Positions 61,900 through 64,000 of a stretch of DNA of 64,000 bases are shown piece after piece. Both the position numbers and the translations under genes were made by a program. The notes beneath the pieces are model-generated. The model was not told where the DNA came from. It worked only from the letters and a program-made list of their open reading frames with translations, and did not search any database. The stretch spans positions 14,814-78,813 of the forward strand of contig CM082585.2 of assembly GCA_040954595.2 (NCBI GenBank), given 5' to 3'. Source of the DNA: Balanoglossus misakiensis. Taxonomy: Eukaryota; Animalia; Hemichordata. Positions within the stretch are counted from its first letter, which is position 1. Each line of letters begins with the position of its first letter.

Positions 61900-63878
61900 G
61901 AACAGTTTACCACCTTAGCTAAACACATAAACAGATCACCGATACGTCCGAATAGCGCGTGTATGAGGGCTTGGCTAACTTGTGACCTCAGTAACGATCA
62001 TGTGAAAATGTCCATTTTGTTTGGTCAGGCATTGATTCTTGTCGGCAAAAACTGCCATAGGAAATTATAAACTTAAGTCAAATTGCTGAAACAATCAATA
62101 ATAGTCCATGTGTCTTAATACTTCAGTTCATGCATCGGTTCGACTCTGTAGTCGGCTACCCAAATTTATTGGGAAGTTCGGCCTTTTACACATTAATACG
62201 TGTGGTTTTCGATCATATCCTACCGGTCTTATTGGTTGACATTAATTTGGCAGTGTGCTATAAGCATATTACATCCTACATCAAACCAAAATAAAGCTTG
62301 TGATACTTTGATTTGTTTTTGTTTAGTTTTAGTCGCTAGTGAAATTCAAGCTCAGTAATAACTTTACAACTAACTTATTAGGGGCCCAAGCCCCTATGGG
62401 CGGGGCCCCTATTGGTATTACTCGCGTTTTTAGGGGCCCAAGCCCCTATGGGCGGGGCCCCTATTGTTATTACTGGGGTTTTTAGGGGCCCAAGCCCCTA
62501 TGGACCCTTTTGGTATTGCTGGCATTTTTTTCTTCTTTGGCACTTTCATCGGCCACTAGGATCTTGAAAACGGCTGAACCTACAATTCTCAAATTTGGCA
62601 CAATGATGCAGGCCAATGAGATCTGGTGCAGTACGTCCGTGAATGTTAAATTAGTGAAGTGACCTGATGACCATTTAAGGGCGAAATTTTCAAATTAGGG
62701 TATGCCGATTTTGAGAAGAATATTTTTGATCATTATATTTCATATTTTTTCATTGACCATGGGGGGTCTGGACCAAGGCATAGGCTTTACTATACCTGCA
62801 TAGTAAAGCTATGACAACATCGTATTTAAATAATAACACATGTTAGCAAGGGCAATATCATGATCTTTTGCCTGCACAAGGGATGGTGATCTTTGACCTT
62901 AATAATATTCATGATGCCCGAGCCGCAGGGAAGGGCTTCATCAATATGTTTCGATGTGTGACGTTACCAGCACATTCCAGAAGACAGCATGGCATCGTCT
63001 GTACAAGTTGAGTGAAATACTTAGAAAGATATCGCCACATACAGTGACCGATCTGCCTGGGCTGCGTTCATGTTTTTCTCTTGAAATCATGGACAGTGTT
63101 ATACACCTCTGTATCAATGCTGTTTTAGTGACTTTTTCACACCCGTTCTTTTTGTTTTGAGTGAATAGGATAGTCAACTAACTACTACTGGACAATGGGT
63201 GTGAGTTTCATGGCTCTCACATGATGGGGTAATCTGGGGTAACATTTTGAAAATACCATGTCATTTTCAGAACGCAGTTAAGGTGTATGTACACGTGAAC
63301 AGTGATACATGTACATGTGTAGGCCAGAAATTTAGATCGGGTATACACGTCTGCATCTAACACTCAAACTGCAATATTGCCAAACGTGTGTATTATACAC
63401 GATATACTACATGTAGTAATTCTATTAGATTTAGTCTGCATTGGTCAATATAATATACGGAAACTAAATATGTCGATCGGATTTGATCTTTCACAGGTCC
63501 AGCTGTGGTTGCGCAGAACACGTCTCTATTTATGGTGTGAACAGGGACTGCTGTACGCATGTGCACATCTGAGTTCAAGAGGTTACACGTACTGCGGTTG
63601 CGCAGAACATGTCTCCATTTATGGAGTGAACAGGGACTGACCAAGGGGCCGAAATGAGAAGCCAAATTTCGGGTGACCCCTTGACCTTTGACCCACCTTG
63701 AAAAACACATATCTACTTCTACGCTAACTAATACACCTAGGGAGCTGATTTTTGGTGGACAGGTACAACTATTGGACCAAATCATTTCGCCGCAATGTCA
63801 CGTGACCTTGGTGACCTTTGAACTATATATAACATAAATGCTCATAAGTACGTAACTTACCGTGGCCGAAATCGACAC

Positions 63879-64000
63879 ACGGTGTAGGTTTCAAACCTAC
63901 ACTGTCCCTTTGCTACAAAATGCGCGCGTACGGTGTAGGTTTCAAACCTACACTGTCTCTTTGCTACAAAATGCGCGTGTACGGTGTAGGTTTCAAACCT
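63879..64000. repeat. 51-bp tandem repeat with internal palindrome GTGTAGGTTT-C-AAACCTACAC, running off the window end
   Basis: Units start at 63879, 63930 and 63981. Confidence 0.85.

Larger units (their letters stand above)
49978..63857 (+). repeat. Segmental duplication, copy B
   Basis: Colinear with 30706-43327; many paired ORFs in the track (e.g. 34469/52883, 42421/62941). Confidence 0.95.

Noticed and set aside
63879-64000. CRISPR-like palindromic repeats
   Set aside because: The intervening segments are near-identical rather than unique spacers, the context is eukaryotic, and no cas genes are present.

Overview
Left end of a metazoan chromosome. The TTAGGG telomere, spliceosomal introns and L2/Gypsy/Tx1/P/Kolobok repeats suggest a marine invertebrate, possibly a deuterostome (inference only). 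Bases 1-8024 are a (CCCTAA)n telomere with a proximal zone of variant repeats. Bases 8025-30240 are a non-coding subtelomeric block with a mirror layout: heptamer satellite (G strand on +), ~600-bp satellite, AT-rich module, a symmetry centre near 13.2 kb, then the same three modules inverted and amplified. The heptamer satellite is telomere-like and very dense in RGGTCA direct repeats spaced by 1 nt. Bases 30240-64000 hold a decayed minus-strand multi-exon gene or genes, made of phase-1 123-bp exons each encoding an unusual 8-cysteine EGF-like module plus GCC2/GCC3-type Cys-rich exons. This region is present as a ~12.6/13.9-kb direct segmental duplication with copy-specific deletions and transposon insertions. 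I see no intact protein-coding gene, RNA gene or CRISPR array. Most ORFs in the supplied track are translations of repeats. Coordinates and alignments were read by eye.
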